Assembly (NCBI GenBank): GCA_004213955.1
Contig: SGZL01000003.1
Span: 2,616-66,615, forward strand
Source of the DNA: Gammaproteobacteria bacterium
Lineage (GTDB): Bacteria > Pseudomonadota > Gammaproteobacteria > Magnimaribacterales > AG-339-G14
Direction of reading: 5' to 3'
Length of the DNA stretch: 64,000 nucleotides
Part shown: piece after piece, positions 28,418-37,895 of the stretch
Numbering within the stretch: position 1 is the stretch's first letter
How the letters are laid out: every line of letters begins with the position of its first letter
Translations under genes and position numbers: made by a program
Notes under the pieces: model-generated
The model's database searches: none
The model's input: only the letters and a program-made list of their open reading frames with translations
What the model was told of the DNA's origin: nothing

Positions 28418-29305
28418 TTATTTAAGAGATTCGGCTGAGATGAGGTCATCTTTATTTTTCCAGATATCATTAAGCCAAACTTTAAAGTTAGAGCGCAATC
28501 CGTCATCTTCAGCAAGCCTTTCATTTAAAAACTCCTTAGGGATTTCTATTTTTTTTACAAAAATTTTTATATTTTTTAGCCTACCACACAAATAATCCCA
28601 AAAACTTCTTTTTGGGCTTTCATAAATAATAGTTATATCGATTAAAAATTTAATACTTGGGATTACAGATAACGCTAAGGCCATGCCGCCTTCTTTAGGT
28701 TTAAGAAGATTAGTATAAGGGCTATCTTGAGCTTCATGTTTTTTTTGAGTAAACCTTGTTCCCTCTGCATAACTAAAAACAGACACTGGATGTAAAGAAT
28801 AATGATTTAGAGATTTCCTCATCTCTTTAAAGTCTCTCCCCTTTAATGCAGGATTTTTTTTAATCTGTTCTTTGGTGTATCTTTTTAAAAATGGCATATC
28901 CAATGCCCACCAACAAATACCTATTACAGGAACATAGATTAATACATGCTTCATGAAAAATTTAAGCATAGGGATCTTCCTATTAGTCAACATTTGAACC
29001 ATGAAAATATCAGCCCAACTTTGGTGGTTTGAAGTTGTTAAATACCATTCATTTTTATTCAGGCTTTCAAAACCTTGTATTTGAATGTTTGGATTTAAAA
29101 TTTTTAAAACCCAAACTGAATTTACTGAAATCCAAATTTCACCGATATTAATAATCATTTTTGTGAAGGATATTCTAAGAGATTTGATGGGAATCAAGAA
29201 TTTAATAACTCCTAATGGAATCATTAAAGTGGCTAAAAGAAGCGTATTTGTTAATAAAATCAAAAAACAAACTGTTCCCTTAAAATTTTCTGTAAGAGTA
29301 TTCAC
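28418..29305 (-). CDS. Membrane-anchored lysophospholipid acyltransferase (PlsC/YihG-like)
   Basis: Has an N-terminal TM segment, the HX4D motif NHQSWADI and an EGTR block (YAEGTRF). Confidence 0.75.
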   Translation of the reverse strand: MNTLTENFKGTVCFLILLTNTLLLATLMIPLGVIKFLIPIKSLRISFTKMIINIGEIWISVNSVWVLKILNPNIQIQGFESLNKNEWYLTTSNHQSWADIFMVQMLTNRKIPMLKFFMKHVLIYVPVIGICWWALDMPFLKRYTKEQIKKNPALKGRDFKEMRKSLNHYSLHPVSVFSYAEGTRFTQKKHEAQDSPYTNLLKPKEGGMALALSVIPSIKFLIDITIIYESPKRSFWDYLCGRLKNIKIFVKKIEIPKEFLNERLAEDDGLRSNFKVWLNDIWKNKDDLISAESLK

Positions 29306-29682
29306 TTTTTTTCTTCAGATTTTATTTTTTTCCACATTTGTGCTTGTTCCTCAGCAGTATGTTTTTTTCTAGAATCAAAGACATAAGGATGTCTTCTAAC
29401 CAATTTATTTGAAAGCTCTTCAACTACTTCTTCAAAAGAAAATAATTTTTTCTCTTTTGCAATTTGAGAGTGAAAGACTATTTGCAAAAGCAAATCTCCG
29501 AGCTCTTCTTTTAAATTGTCATAGTCTTCTTTCTCGATTGCTTCAACAACTTCAGCTGACTCTTCTTTTAAATAAGGTATTAAAGATTTAAAAGTTTGTT
29601 GTTTATCCCATTCACAACCTTGCTCGGGATCTCTGAGTTGTCTCATAATTTCAAGTAATTTTTCAATACTTGTTGAAGACAT
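29302..29682 (-). CDS. mazG: Single-domain MazG-family nucleoside triphosphate pyrophosphohydrolase
   Basis: 126 aa. GCEWDKQQTFKSL..YLKEESAEVVEAIE...ELGDLLLQIVFH...RRHPYVF corresponds to one MazG EExxE/D domain. Confidence 0.8.
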   Translation of the reverse strand: MSSTSIEKLLEIMRQLRDPEQGCEWDKQQTFKSLIPYLKEESAEVVEAIEKEDYDNLKEELGDLLLQIVFHSQIAKEKKLFSFEEVVEELSNKLVRRHPYVFDSRKKHTAEEQAQMWKKIKSEEKK

Positions 29683-29687
29683 ATTTT

Positions 29688-30809
29688 TTAGTAGCCAGTT
29701 AATTCAGCGTATCTATTTCTATGAAATTCTGAGTTTCCAAAAATCTGCTCTGCAACTCTCGCTCTCTTCAAATAGAGCCCTATATCGTATTCATCAGTAA
29801 CGCCCACGCCACCATGCATTTGAACGCCTTCATTAGAAATTAAATGAAAAGTTTCTCCAATTTTTGCTTTAGCTAGACTAACTATTCTTGGAACATCATT
29901 AGATTTTTCTTCAAAGCAAGATAGACTTTCCAAGATACAAGATTTGCATAACTCTAGTTCAGTAAACATATTAGCTGCTCTGTGTTGCAAAGCTTGAAAA
30001 GATCCAATTTTTACTCCGAACTGTTCTCTTTCTTTTAAATAATTAATTGTGATTTCAAATGCTTCTAGGGCGCCTCCAAGCATTTCTGCGGATATAGCAG
30101 CTCTTGCAATATCTAAAACTTCTTCGATGGTATCTTGAGCATTATCAATTTCGCCCAAGACATTCTCAGAGTTTACTTCTAGATCTGTAAAAATTATATT
30201 AGCTGAATTTCTACTATCTACCATTTTTGCTTCTTTTATTTCCATTCCTTTGGAGTTTTTATTGGTTATAAATAAAGAAGTTCCTTTTGGACTTTTTGCA
30301 GCAATAATTATCAAGTCTGCAAAACCACCATCAACAACGAAACATTTTTTGCCATTAATTAAAAATTTATCTCCTTTCTTCTCTGCTGTAACTTCTGAGA
30401 CAATTGGATTGTGTCTTGGGCCTTCTTCAAATGCAAAAGCACAGGTCAGGTTGCCGTTTGCTATTTCTGGAAGATATTTCTTCTTTTGTTCTTCAGAACC
30501 AAGTTTAGATATTAAACTAGCGCCCAATACAGCTGTAGCAAATAAAGGAGAGGGGGTTAGAGTTCTCCCAAGTTCTTGTAACACAACACCGATACCAGAT
30601 AATCCAAAATTTGAACCTCCATATTCTTCGGGAATTAAAATTCCAGACAGGCCTTGTTCAGCCATTTGTTTCCATATTTCTCGGTCAAAACATTCTGGAT
30701 TTTCAGAATCTCTCACAGATCTGAAATGACTTGTTGGAGTTTTTTCTCGAGCAAACCTTTGAGTTTGATCCTGGAGAAAAGCAGCGGTTTCGTTTAGAAC
30801 GAGAGACAT
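29688..30809 (-). CDS. Acyl-CoA dehydrogenase family protein lacking the canonical catalytic Glu (putative non-catalytic beta subunit)
   Basis: 373 aa with an ACAD fold. By manual alignment, the MCAD-type base position reads QIFGNS (Gly358) and the IVD-type position reads LDIARAA (Ala). Confidence 0.75.
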   Translation of the reverse strand: MSLVLNETAAFLQDQTQRFAREKTPTSHFRSVRDSENPECFDREIWKQMAEQGLSGILIPEEYGGSNFGLSGIGVVLQELGRTLTPSPLFATAVLGASLISKLGSEEQKKKYLPEIANGNLTCAFAFEEGPRHNPIVSEVTAEKKGDKFLINGKKCFVVDGGFADLIIIAAKSPKGTSLFITNKNSKGMEIKEAKMVDSRNSANIIFTDLEVNSENVLGEIDNAQDTIEEVLDIARAAISAEMLGGALEAFEITINYLKEREQFGVKIGSFQALQHRAANMFTELELCKSCILESLSCFEEKSNDVPRIVSLAKAKIGETFHLISNEGVQMHGGVGVTDEYDIGLYLKRARVAEQIFGNSEFHRNRYAELTGY

Positions 30810-30813
30810 AAAA

Positions 30814-32022
30814 TTATTGAGGCAAATCTAAGACTCTTTTTGAAATTACATTTAATTGAACTTCAGAAGTCCCACCTTCAATGGAATTAGCTTTTGTTCT
30901 TAACCATTCTCTGGTGATTGCGAGTTCTTCTGGTCCAAATTCTCCACCTTCCCATCCGAGAGCTTGACTTCCCATAGCTTCAAGCATAATTTCATATTTC
31001 TGTTTATTATGCTCTGAACCATATAGTTTAAAAATAGAAGTAGCGGCGCTTGGACCATTGTTACTATTTTTTGCTTCCTCTGAAACTCTTTTTAAGGTCA
31101 AACTAAAAGCATGAGAATTCATATCACATTTAGCAATTTTTTGTCTCAAACCTTCATCTACGATTTTATCTTCTTTTACCTCAACATATTTTTTCGATAA
31201 TGTTGCTAGACCAGATCCTGTTTTTCCTTTACTAGCAGCTTTTGAACCGCCAAGACCCATGCTTGCTAACATTTTTCTTTCGTGTTGAAGCAAATTTTTA
31301 GCTACGTCCCAACCTTTATTAAGTTTATGGACTAGATTTTTCTTTGGCACAACCGCATCAGTAAAAAAGGTTTCACAAAAAGGTGACGCACCAGAAATTA
31401 ATTTAATGGGTTTCGTTTCTACCCCAGATTGATCCATATCTATCAACAAGAAACTTATTCCTTCATGCTTGGGTTCTTGTGCTCCAGTTCTTACAAGAGT
31501 AAAGATCATGTCACACTCATTTGCGTAAGACGTCCAAACCTTTTGACCATTAACAATATAGTTTTCTCCGTCTTCAACAGCCTTTGTTTTTAAAGAAGCC
31601 AGGTCTGAACCTGATCCAGGTTCGCTGTAACCTTGGCACCATCTTACTTCGCCCTTTATTATCTTTGGGATATGTTCCATTTTCTGCTCTTCAGAAGCAT
31701 ACTCTAAGAGAGCTGGACCCAGCATCCATAGACCAAAACTAGCAAGTGGCATTCTTGTACCAAGATTAGACATCTCTTCAGCTAAAACTTTATTCTCGTC
31801 ATAACTAAGACCGCCACCACCATACTCTTTTGGCCACGTAGGTGCCGTCCATCCTTTTTCACCAAGCCTTTTAAGCCAAAGTTCTTGATCAGGGTGTGAA
31901 AATTTGCAGTTTCGTCCGCCCCAAGTCATTCCATGTGGAGTCATTGGTTTCTTCATTTCTGGTGGACAGTTTATTTCCAACCAATCTCTGGTTTCTTCCC
32001 TAAATAAAGCTAAATCTGTCAT
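30814..32022 (-). CDS. Acyl-CoA dehydrogenase (putative catalytic alpha subunit)
   Basis: 402 aa with an ACAD fold. Motifs are CQGYSEPGSGSD and the C-terminal NSIEGGTSEVQ, with Glu382 at the catalytic-base position. Confidence 0.85.
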   Translation of the reverse strand: MTDLALFREETRDWLEINCPPEMKKPMTPHGMTWGGRNCKFSHPDQELWLKRLGEKGWTAPTWPKEYGGGGLSYDENKVLAEEMSNLGTRMPLASFGLWMLGPALLEYASEEQKMEHIPKIIKGEVRWCQGYSEPGSGSDLASLKTKAVEDGENYIVNGQKVWTSYANECDMIFTLVRTGAQEPKHEGISFLLIDMDQSGVETKPIKLISGASPFCETFFTDAVVPKKNLVHKLNKGWDVAKNLLQHERKMLASMGLGGSKAASKGKTGSGLATLSKKYVEVKEDKIVDEGLRQKIAKCDMNSHAFSLTLKRVSEEAKNSNNGPSAATSIFKLYGSEHNKQKYEIMLEAMGSQALGWEGGEFGPEELAITREWLRTKANSIEGGTSEVQLNVISKRVLDLPQ

Positions 32023-32100
32023 AAATTACTCCTTATCCAATTTAAGTTTTTAATAAGTTAAACTAAGGTTTGGTTTTGATCAACCCATATTACTAAATAA

Positions 32101-32841
32101 ATGAACTTAGAATTTTTTTACAGTAATCCAGAAATTTTATGGATAGTCACTGTTCTGTACGACTTATCGCTTGCCATAATCTTATTTTACTTTTTTGGAA
32201 AAGAAGGTTTATACATAGCCGTAGTCCTGGGGATTATTTTAGGAAATTTACAAGGCGGCAAGGTAAGTGATCTTGAAGTGTTTGGATACACCTTTACGGT
32301 CAGTATGGGCGCCATAATGTACTCTGGAATTTATTTTGCTACAGATCTATTAAATGAAAAATATGGAAGAAAAGAAGCAACAAAAGCAGTAATAATTGGT
32401 GCTGTCGCCAATGTTGTAGTTATGCTGACTCTTGTTCTCAGCACTTTATATGTTCCATCTCAAATTAGCAGCTCTGCAGAATCTGTTCATGAAGCAATTT
32501 CAACTTTAGCTGTTTACTCTCCAATCTTTGTTATTGGTTCAATAACTGCATATTTAATCAGCCAAAGTTTTGACGTTTGGGTGTTTCATAAAATTAAGAC
32601 AATTACAGGAGAAAGAATGTTGTGGCTGAGAAATAATGTTTCGACTTTACTGTCTCAGGCATTAGACACTTTTATTTATACTTTTGTTTGGGTAATTGCT
32701 GGAGAACTCGATTTTTTAACAGCTTTAAGTATTTCTTTAACGAAATATGTGTTTAAATTTTTTATAGCTATCTTAGATACGTTTTTCATTTATTTTGTTA
32801 AAAATATAAGAAAAGATGAGATTTTAGTGTCTAATAATTGA
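32101..32841 (+). CDS. yhhQ: Queuosine-precursor transporter (YhhQ/DUF165 family)
   Basis: 246 aa polytopic protein. The ..YSGIYFATDLLNEKYG..., SQSFDVWVFHKIK and LRNNVSTLLSQALDTFIY blocks are typical of COG1738/YhhQ. Confidence 0.7.
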   Translation: MNLEFFYSNPEILWIVTVLYDLSLAIILFYFFGKEGLYIAVVLGIILGNLQGGKVSDLEVFGYTFTVSMGAIMYSGIYFATDLLNEKYGRKEATKAVIIGAVANVVVMLTLVLSTLYVPSQISSSAESVHEAISTLAVYSPIFVIGSITAYLISQSFDVWVFHKIKTITGERMLWLRNNVSTLLSQALDTFIYTFVWVIAGELDFLTALSISLTKYVFKFFIAILDTFFIYFVKNIRKDEILVSNN

Positions 32842-32844
32842 TTA

Positions 32845-33693
32845 ATGAAAACTATTAAGTCTATAACCGTTATTCACTCAGCTTCCAGAAACTACAAAGA
32901 AGCTTTAGATCTATGTATCGGGTCTGCAAAGAGCGAAGATGTTGTGATAAAAAATGTTTTGCCTGTTAATGAAAAAGACATTGATAAGGTTATTGGAAAG
33001 AAAGAATCTGACTTAATTCTGGTGATCGGAGGAGACGGAACGATGATCAGAACGATTGCCAATTTAATTGATCATGAAATTCCTCTGTTAGGAATAAACA
33101 TTGGCAGATTAGGTTTTTTGACTGATTTAAACGTCGATTCAATTTCCAAAGTATTACCAGAAGTTTTTTCAGGAAATTATCAATCAGAAGATAGACCCTC
33201 ATTAAATATACAAGTAGATGATTCCGAATCCTTAATTGGTATTAATGAGGTTGTTTTTCATTCTGGAACTGTTGCAAAAATGTTGAATTTCTCAATCTAC
33301 CAAGAAGATATCTTAATCTCCAAACATAAATCTGATGGAGTTATTGTTTCATCAGCTACTGGATCTTCAGGTTATTTCTTCTCAGGAGGAGGCCCTATTA
33401 TTTATCCGACGGAAGAAGTATTTGCAATCTTGCCTATGTTTTCCCAAAGTTCATCTTCAAATCCGTTAATTTTACCAAACAAAAAAAAATTAAAGATAAA
33501 ACTCAAGAATTCAGTGAAGGCGTCAATTGTGGTTGACGGCAGAGAAGACTTTGAAGTTTACCAAGGTTCTGAAATTATAATTTCCAAGAATGAAAGCAGT
33601 TATAGCCTAATTCACCCTCATGGTTATGATTATTTTGAAGCCTGCAGAACAAAACTTTCTTGGGGCCAACCATTAATTAATTTAGATGATTAA
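32845..33693 (+). CDS. nadK: NAD kinase
   Basis: Motifs are VIGGDGTMIR, GINIGRLGFLTD and SATGSSGY. Confidence 0.85.
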   Translation: MKTIKSITVIHSASRNYKEALDLCIGSAKSEDVVIKNVLPVNEKDIDKVIGKKESDLILVIGGDGTMIRTIANLIDHEIPLLGINIGRLGFLTDLNVDSISKVLPEVFSGNYQSEDRPSLNIQVDDSESLIGINEVVFHSGTVAKMLNFSIYQEDILISKHKSDGVIVSSATGSSGYFFSGGGPIIYPTEEVFAILPMFSQSSSSNPLILPNKKKLKIKLKNSVKASIVVDGREDFEVYQGSEIIISKNESSYSLIHPHGYDYFEACRTKLSWGQPLINLDD

Positions 33694-33698
33694 TTTAA

Positions 33699-34700
33699 GT
33701 GAATCTAAATAAATTAGGAATTTCATTAGCTCATCTTCTTCCTCCGGAATTGAGCAACAAATTAAGCTTGGAGGGCTTAAGGTTTCTCTATAACTTAGGC
33801 GTTCTTTCATCAATTTCTAACCAAGGTTCTAAAGATTCAGAAAAAGTTCAAATTTTAGGTTTAAATTTTCCAAACAAAATAGGAGTCGCCGGAGGCTTAG
33901 ATAAAAATGCTGACTATTTCCATGTTTTAGGAAAGCTTGGATTTGGATTTGTTGAGGTTGGAACTTTTACTCTTAAACCACAATCAGGAAACCCTAAACC
34001 AAGAGTGCATAGATTTACAAAAGAACAGAACATTGTTAATTCTTTAGGCTTTAATAACGTTGGCGTTTATGAAGGTCTTAAAAATATTGAAAGAAATAAA
34101 TTTTCTTTCAATGGAGTTTTGGGTATCAGTATTGGCAAAAGCAAGGAGACTAAAATTGAAAATGCTTACAAAGATTATCTTCATTTGATCGACTATGTTC
34201 ACGATCAAGCAGATTATATTGCAATAAATATTTCTTCCCCAAATACAGAAAATCTTAGAGATCTTTCTTCAGAAAACTACTTTAAAGATTTAATTGAGAA
34301 AATAATGAATAAAAAAGATCAGTTAATTGGAGGGTTTAAAAAAACAAAACCTTTTATTTTAAAAATATCTCCCGATGAATCTATGGTAAATCTCGAGAAG
34401 ATCTTGTTGTCTTGTTTAGAGTTTAAAGTGGATGGTTTAATTCTCAACAACAGCTCAATTAACCATAATAAGAATCTTAAAGGAGGAATTAGTGGAAATT
34501 ATATAAAAAAATTATCGGAAGATAATTTATCTTTTGCCAAGCAGATTTGTGGCGAAGAAATGCCTTTAATTTCTTCTGGAGGAATTATGACCAAAGAAGA
34601 TGTAACTAAAAGAATTAACCTCGGAGCTGATTTAGTACAACTCTATTCTGGGTTCATTTTCTATGGAACAGATTTATTAAAAGCCAGCCTTGAAATTTAA
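33699..34700 (+). CDS. pyrD: Dihydroorotate dehydrogenase (quinone), class 2
   Basis: GVAGGLDKNA, GFGFVEVGTFT, NSLGFNN, INISSPNT and SSGGI blocks. It has a GTG start. Confidence 0.9.
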   Translation: MNLNKLGISLAHLLPPELSNKLSLEGLRFLYNLGVLSSISNQGSKDSEKVQILGLNFPNKIGVAGGLDKNADYFHVLGKLGFGFVEVGTFTLKPQSGNPKPRVHRFTKEQNIVNSLGFNNVGVYEGLKNIERNKFSFNGVLGISIGKSKETKIENAYKDYLHLIDYVHDQADYIAINISSPNTENLRDLSSENYFKDLIEKIMNKKDQLIGGFKKTKPFILKISPDESMVNLEKILLSCLEFKVDGLILNNSSINHNKNLKGGISGNYIKKLSEDNLSFAKQICGEEMPLISSGGIMTKEDVTKRINLGADLVQLYSGFIFYGTDLLKASLEI

Positions 34701-34705
34701 TTAAC

Positions 34706-34735
34706 TTGACAAAATATTAATCTTTATCACATATT
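34706..34735 (+). promoter_or_regulatory. Candidate sigma70 promoter of topA
   Basis: A perfect -35 TTGACA (34706-34711) is followed by an 18-nt spacer and CATATT (34730-34735). The -10 ends 7 nt before the ATG at 34743, and no SD lies in between. Confidence 0.3.
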
Positions 34736-34742
34736 AAAAAAG

Positions 34743-37280
34743 ATGAAGAATTTAGTAATAGTCGAATCAAATGCTAAAGCGACCAAAATTAAAGGATATT
34801 TAGATTCTAAATTTCCCAATGATTCTTGGATAGTTAATGCCTGTTTAGGACATATTTGCGATTTACCAAATGAGGAAAAAGCCGTAAATCCATCCGATTG
34901 GCAAGATTTAAAATGGGCAGCCACTACGAAAGGAAAAAAGGTTGTCAAAGAGTTAAATAAACTATGCAAAGAAAATGATTCAATATATTTAGCTACTGAC
35001 CCAGATAGAGAAGGGGAGGCTATAGCATGGCACCTAAAGAATGAATTTGAAAAAAAGAAACTTTTGAAAGATAAATTGCTTTCAAGGATAAGTTTTACTG
35101 AAATTACTCCAAAAGCAATTGAAGATGCCATTAAAAGCCCCAGAGAAATAGATCAAAATTTAGTAGACGCTTACCTTGCAAGAAGAATTCTTGATCACTT
35201 GATTGGATTTAAGGTTTCTCCTTTTTTATGGAGACACATATCAAGAGCTAAATCAGCAGGGAGAGTTCAATCTCCTTCACTGAGGATAGTCTGTGAGAAA
35301 GAAGATGAAATTGATGCCTTTATTCCCGAAGAATATTGGCCTTTTAAAGGTAATTTTAATTTCAATGAATTTGAAGTGGAAGCTAATTTAACCTCCATTA
35401 AAGGAGAAAAGACTGATAAAAAAAGAATAACTAACGAAAATGATGCAAATTCTGTGAACGAAAAACTTTCATCTCTAAGTTTTTATTTAAAAGACATAGA
35501 ATCAAAACCCCAAAGCAATTCTTCTAAAGCTCCTTTTCGAACTTCGACTTTGCAACAAGCAGCATCCAGCAAGTTGGCTTTTACTGCAGATAGAACTATG
35601 CGTGTTGCGCAAAAACTCTATGAGGAGGGACTTATAACTTATTTAAGAACTGACGGAATATCCATAAGTAATGACGTTTTAAACGATTTAAGAAATTTCA
35701 TAAAAGATGAATATGGTGATAATTATCTATCTGAAAATACAAAAATTTATAAATCTAAAGCTGCAAATTCACAAGAAGCTCATGAACCTATAAGACCTAC
35801 AGACTTTTCATTAAAACCTTCCAAAGCAAAATTAACTGGCGATGAAATGAAGCTCTATTCTTTAATTTGGAATAGAACCTTAGCCAGTCAAATGTCAAAT
35901 TCTAAATATGAAAGAAAAACTCTAGTCATTAGTTCATCGGATGAAAACTTTATTTTTAGAGCAGCATCTAGAAAAAATTTATTTTTAGGTTTCGAACTTT
36001 TAACAAAAGAGGATGATGAAGAAGGTGTAGCTGATGATTTTCCTGACAATTTAGAAATTGGAAGCGAAATGAATTTAACAAAAATTTTATTTGAGCAAAA
36101 ATTTACCGCACCTCCAAGAAGATATTCGGAAGCGTCTTTAATAAAAAAAATGGAGGAGGAAGGAATTGGACGTCCTTCAACTTATGCTTCTATTTTGAAG
36201 AACCTCAGAGAAAAGAAATATACATATGGAACAAAAAGCATTACTCCTTCAGATTTAGGAAGAGTATTAAGTTCTTATTTGAAATTTATTTTTAAAGATT
36301 TCTTTATTGAGGATAAATTTACAGCAGATATGGAGAAAGATTTAGATAAAATTTCTTCAGGTGAAATATCTTGGAAGGAGGTATTAGATAAGTTTTGGGA
36401 TTTATTACAAAGTTATTTAAATAAGAAAGTAGATGATATTGAAATTAGTAATAAAGATGACTTTAAGACAAGACAAGTTTTAGATATCCTAAATAAAGAA
36501 TTATTTAATCAGATATTTCCTGTCAAAGAAGATGGAACTGTTACAAGGGCCTGTCCAAAATGTGGAGAAGAGGTAAGTTTAAAATCAGGTGCCTGGGGAT
36601 ATTTTATAGGTTGTTCTTCATGTAAGTGGACAAAAAAACCCTTCGACACAGCCGTGAAATGGGAAACCTATCAAGAACTTCCGAAAGAAATTGGATTACA
36701 TCCAGATTATGGAGATATGATTTTTGCTGATATCAGTATAAATGGACCTTGCGTTTGGACTCTCAAAGAAGAGAAAAAAATCTATGGAGCTCCTGATGAT
36801 GACGAAAAACTCCTTGAAATTGGTTTAAATAGAGCAGTAGAGTTGATTGAAAGAGACTCTGGAGAGCATATTTTATTTACTGAACCAAAAAGTCAATTAC
36901 CCGTTTTATTAAAAAATGGTAGATTTGGCGAATATACGGAATTTGATGGTTTTAATAAAGCTACAAAATTACCTCCCGAGGACAGACCAAAAAATCCAAA
37001 GGTCACCTACTACAATCCCCATGAATTAGATTACGAAAATAAAGACACCCAGCTTTTTGTCCTTAAAAGTTTAAGAATTCTAGGATTCCATCCAGAAACT
37101 TCGAGGCCTATTGGAATTAAAATAAAAAAACCAGGTAAGGCTTTCAAATTTGTTAAGTATTTAAAATGCGGAGAAGAAGAAATTGAGTGTCAAAATGATT
37201 TTTATAAACTAGAAGATCAAGAGCAAAGCGAGCTGATCAAAAAAACTTTTAATTTAAAAAGCTTTAATTTAATTAATTAA
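34743..37280 (+). CDS. topA: DNA topoisomerase I
   Basis: 845 aa. The Toprim N-terminus is LVIVESNAKA...ATDPDREGEAIAWH. The active-site region is GLITYLRTDG and there is a C-terminal Zn-ribbon CPKCGEE...GCSSCKW. Confidence 0.95.
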   Translation: MKNLVIVESNAKATKIKGYLDSKFPNDSWIVNACLGHICDLPNEEKAVNPSDWQDLKWAATTKGKKVVKELNKLCKENDSIYLATDPDREGEAIAWHLKNEFEKKKLLKDKLLSRISFTEITPKAIEDAIKSPREIDQNLVDAYLARRILDHLIGFKVSPFLWRHISRAKSAGRVQSPSLRIVCEKEDEIDAFIPEEYWPFKGNFNFNEFEVEANLTSIKGEKTDKKRITNENDANSVNEKLSSLSFYLKDIESKPQSNSSKAPFRTSTLQQAASSKLAFTADRTMRVAQKLYEEGLITYLRTDGISISNDVLNDLRNFIKDEYGDNYLSENTKIYKSKAANSQEAHEPIRPTDFSLKPSKAKLTGDEMKLYSLIWNRTLASQMSNSKYERKTLVISSSDENFIFRAASRKNLFLGFELLTKEDDEEGVADDFPDNLEIGSEMNLTKILFEQKFTAPPRRYSEASLIKKMEEEGIGRPSTYASILKNLREKKYTYGTKSITPSDLGRVLSSYLKFIFKDFFIEDKFTADMEKDLDKISSGEISWKEVLDKFWDLLQSYLNKKVDDIEISNKDDFKTRQVLDILNKELFNQIFPVKEDGTVTRACPKCGEEVSLKSGAWGYFIGCSSCKWTKKPFDTAVKWETYQELPKEIGLHPDYGDMIFADISINGPCVWTLKEEKKIYGAPDDDEKLLEIGLNRAVELIERDSGEHILFTEPKSQLPVLLKNGRFGEYTEFDGFNKATKLPPEDRPKNPKVTYYNPHELDYENKDTQLFVLKSLRILGFHPETSRPIGIKIKKPGKAFKFVKYLKCGEEEIECQNDFYKLEDQEQSELIKKTFNLKSFNLIN

Positions 37281-37876
37281 CTAATATTTCTTATTAGACC
37301 AACGCAAGTTCCTTCGAAGTTCAAACTAACTTTGTTTGGATTGACAATAATGTCATTGTAATTATCGTTTTCTGCTTTGAGAACTACCTTGTTATTAGAA
37401 ATTTCTTTCAAAGTTTTCACGGTAACATCGTCATCAATTCTTGCAATTACAATTGCATTTTTTTTGACTTTCAAATCCTTATTGACTGCGATGAGATCAT
37501 TATCGAAGATCCCTACATCTATCATACTGTCTCCTTTTACTCTTAAGTAATAATCTATTCCGTGAGAAGAAATTGGCAAAGCAGGAATCTTTTTTTCAAT
37601 ATTTTCTTCAGCCAGCATTGGACTTCCTGCGCTTACTAAACCAATCACAGGAATACTATCATCAGAATTACTTAAGGAAATTCCTCTTGAGGTCCCAGAA
37701 AGAATATCTATAAATCCTTTCTTTTTTAAAGCTTTAAGATGGTCTTCAGCAGCGTTAGGTGACTTAAAGCCAAAGAAATTAGAAATCTCCATTCTTGTAG
37801 GAGGGTAACCTTCGTTTGATATTTTTGACTTGATAAAATCAAATATTTCTTTTTGTCTGCTAGTTAAAGTATTCAT
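37277..37876 (-). CDS. lexA: LexA repressor
   Basis: The wHTH N-terminus is LTSRQKEIFDFI..GYPPTRMEI. It has an Ala-Gly-like cleavage region (VSAGSP), the S24 motif VKGDSM and the VTVKTL Lys. Confidence 0.95.
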   Translation of the reverse strand: MNTLTSRQKEIFDFIKSKISNEGYPPTRMEISNFFGFKSPNAAEDHLKALKKKGFIDILSGTSRGISLSNSDDSIPVIGLVSAGSPMLAEENIEKKIPALPISSHGIDYYLRVKGDSMIDVGIFDNDLIAVNKDLKVKKNAIVIARIDDDVTVKTLKEISNNKVVLKAENDNYNDIIVNPNKVSLNFEGTCVGLIRNIS

Positions 37877-37895
37877 ACTGTAATTATATACAGTA
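37876..37895. promoter_or_regulatory. SOS box (LexA operator)
   Basis: tactgtaattatatacagta is a perfect CTGT-N8-ACAG palindrome of the gammaproteobacterial type. It abuts the lexA start codon. Confidence 0.88.
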
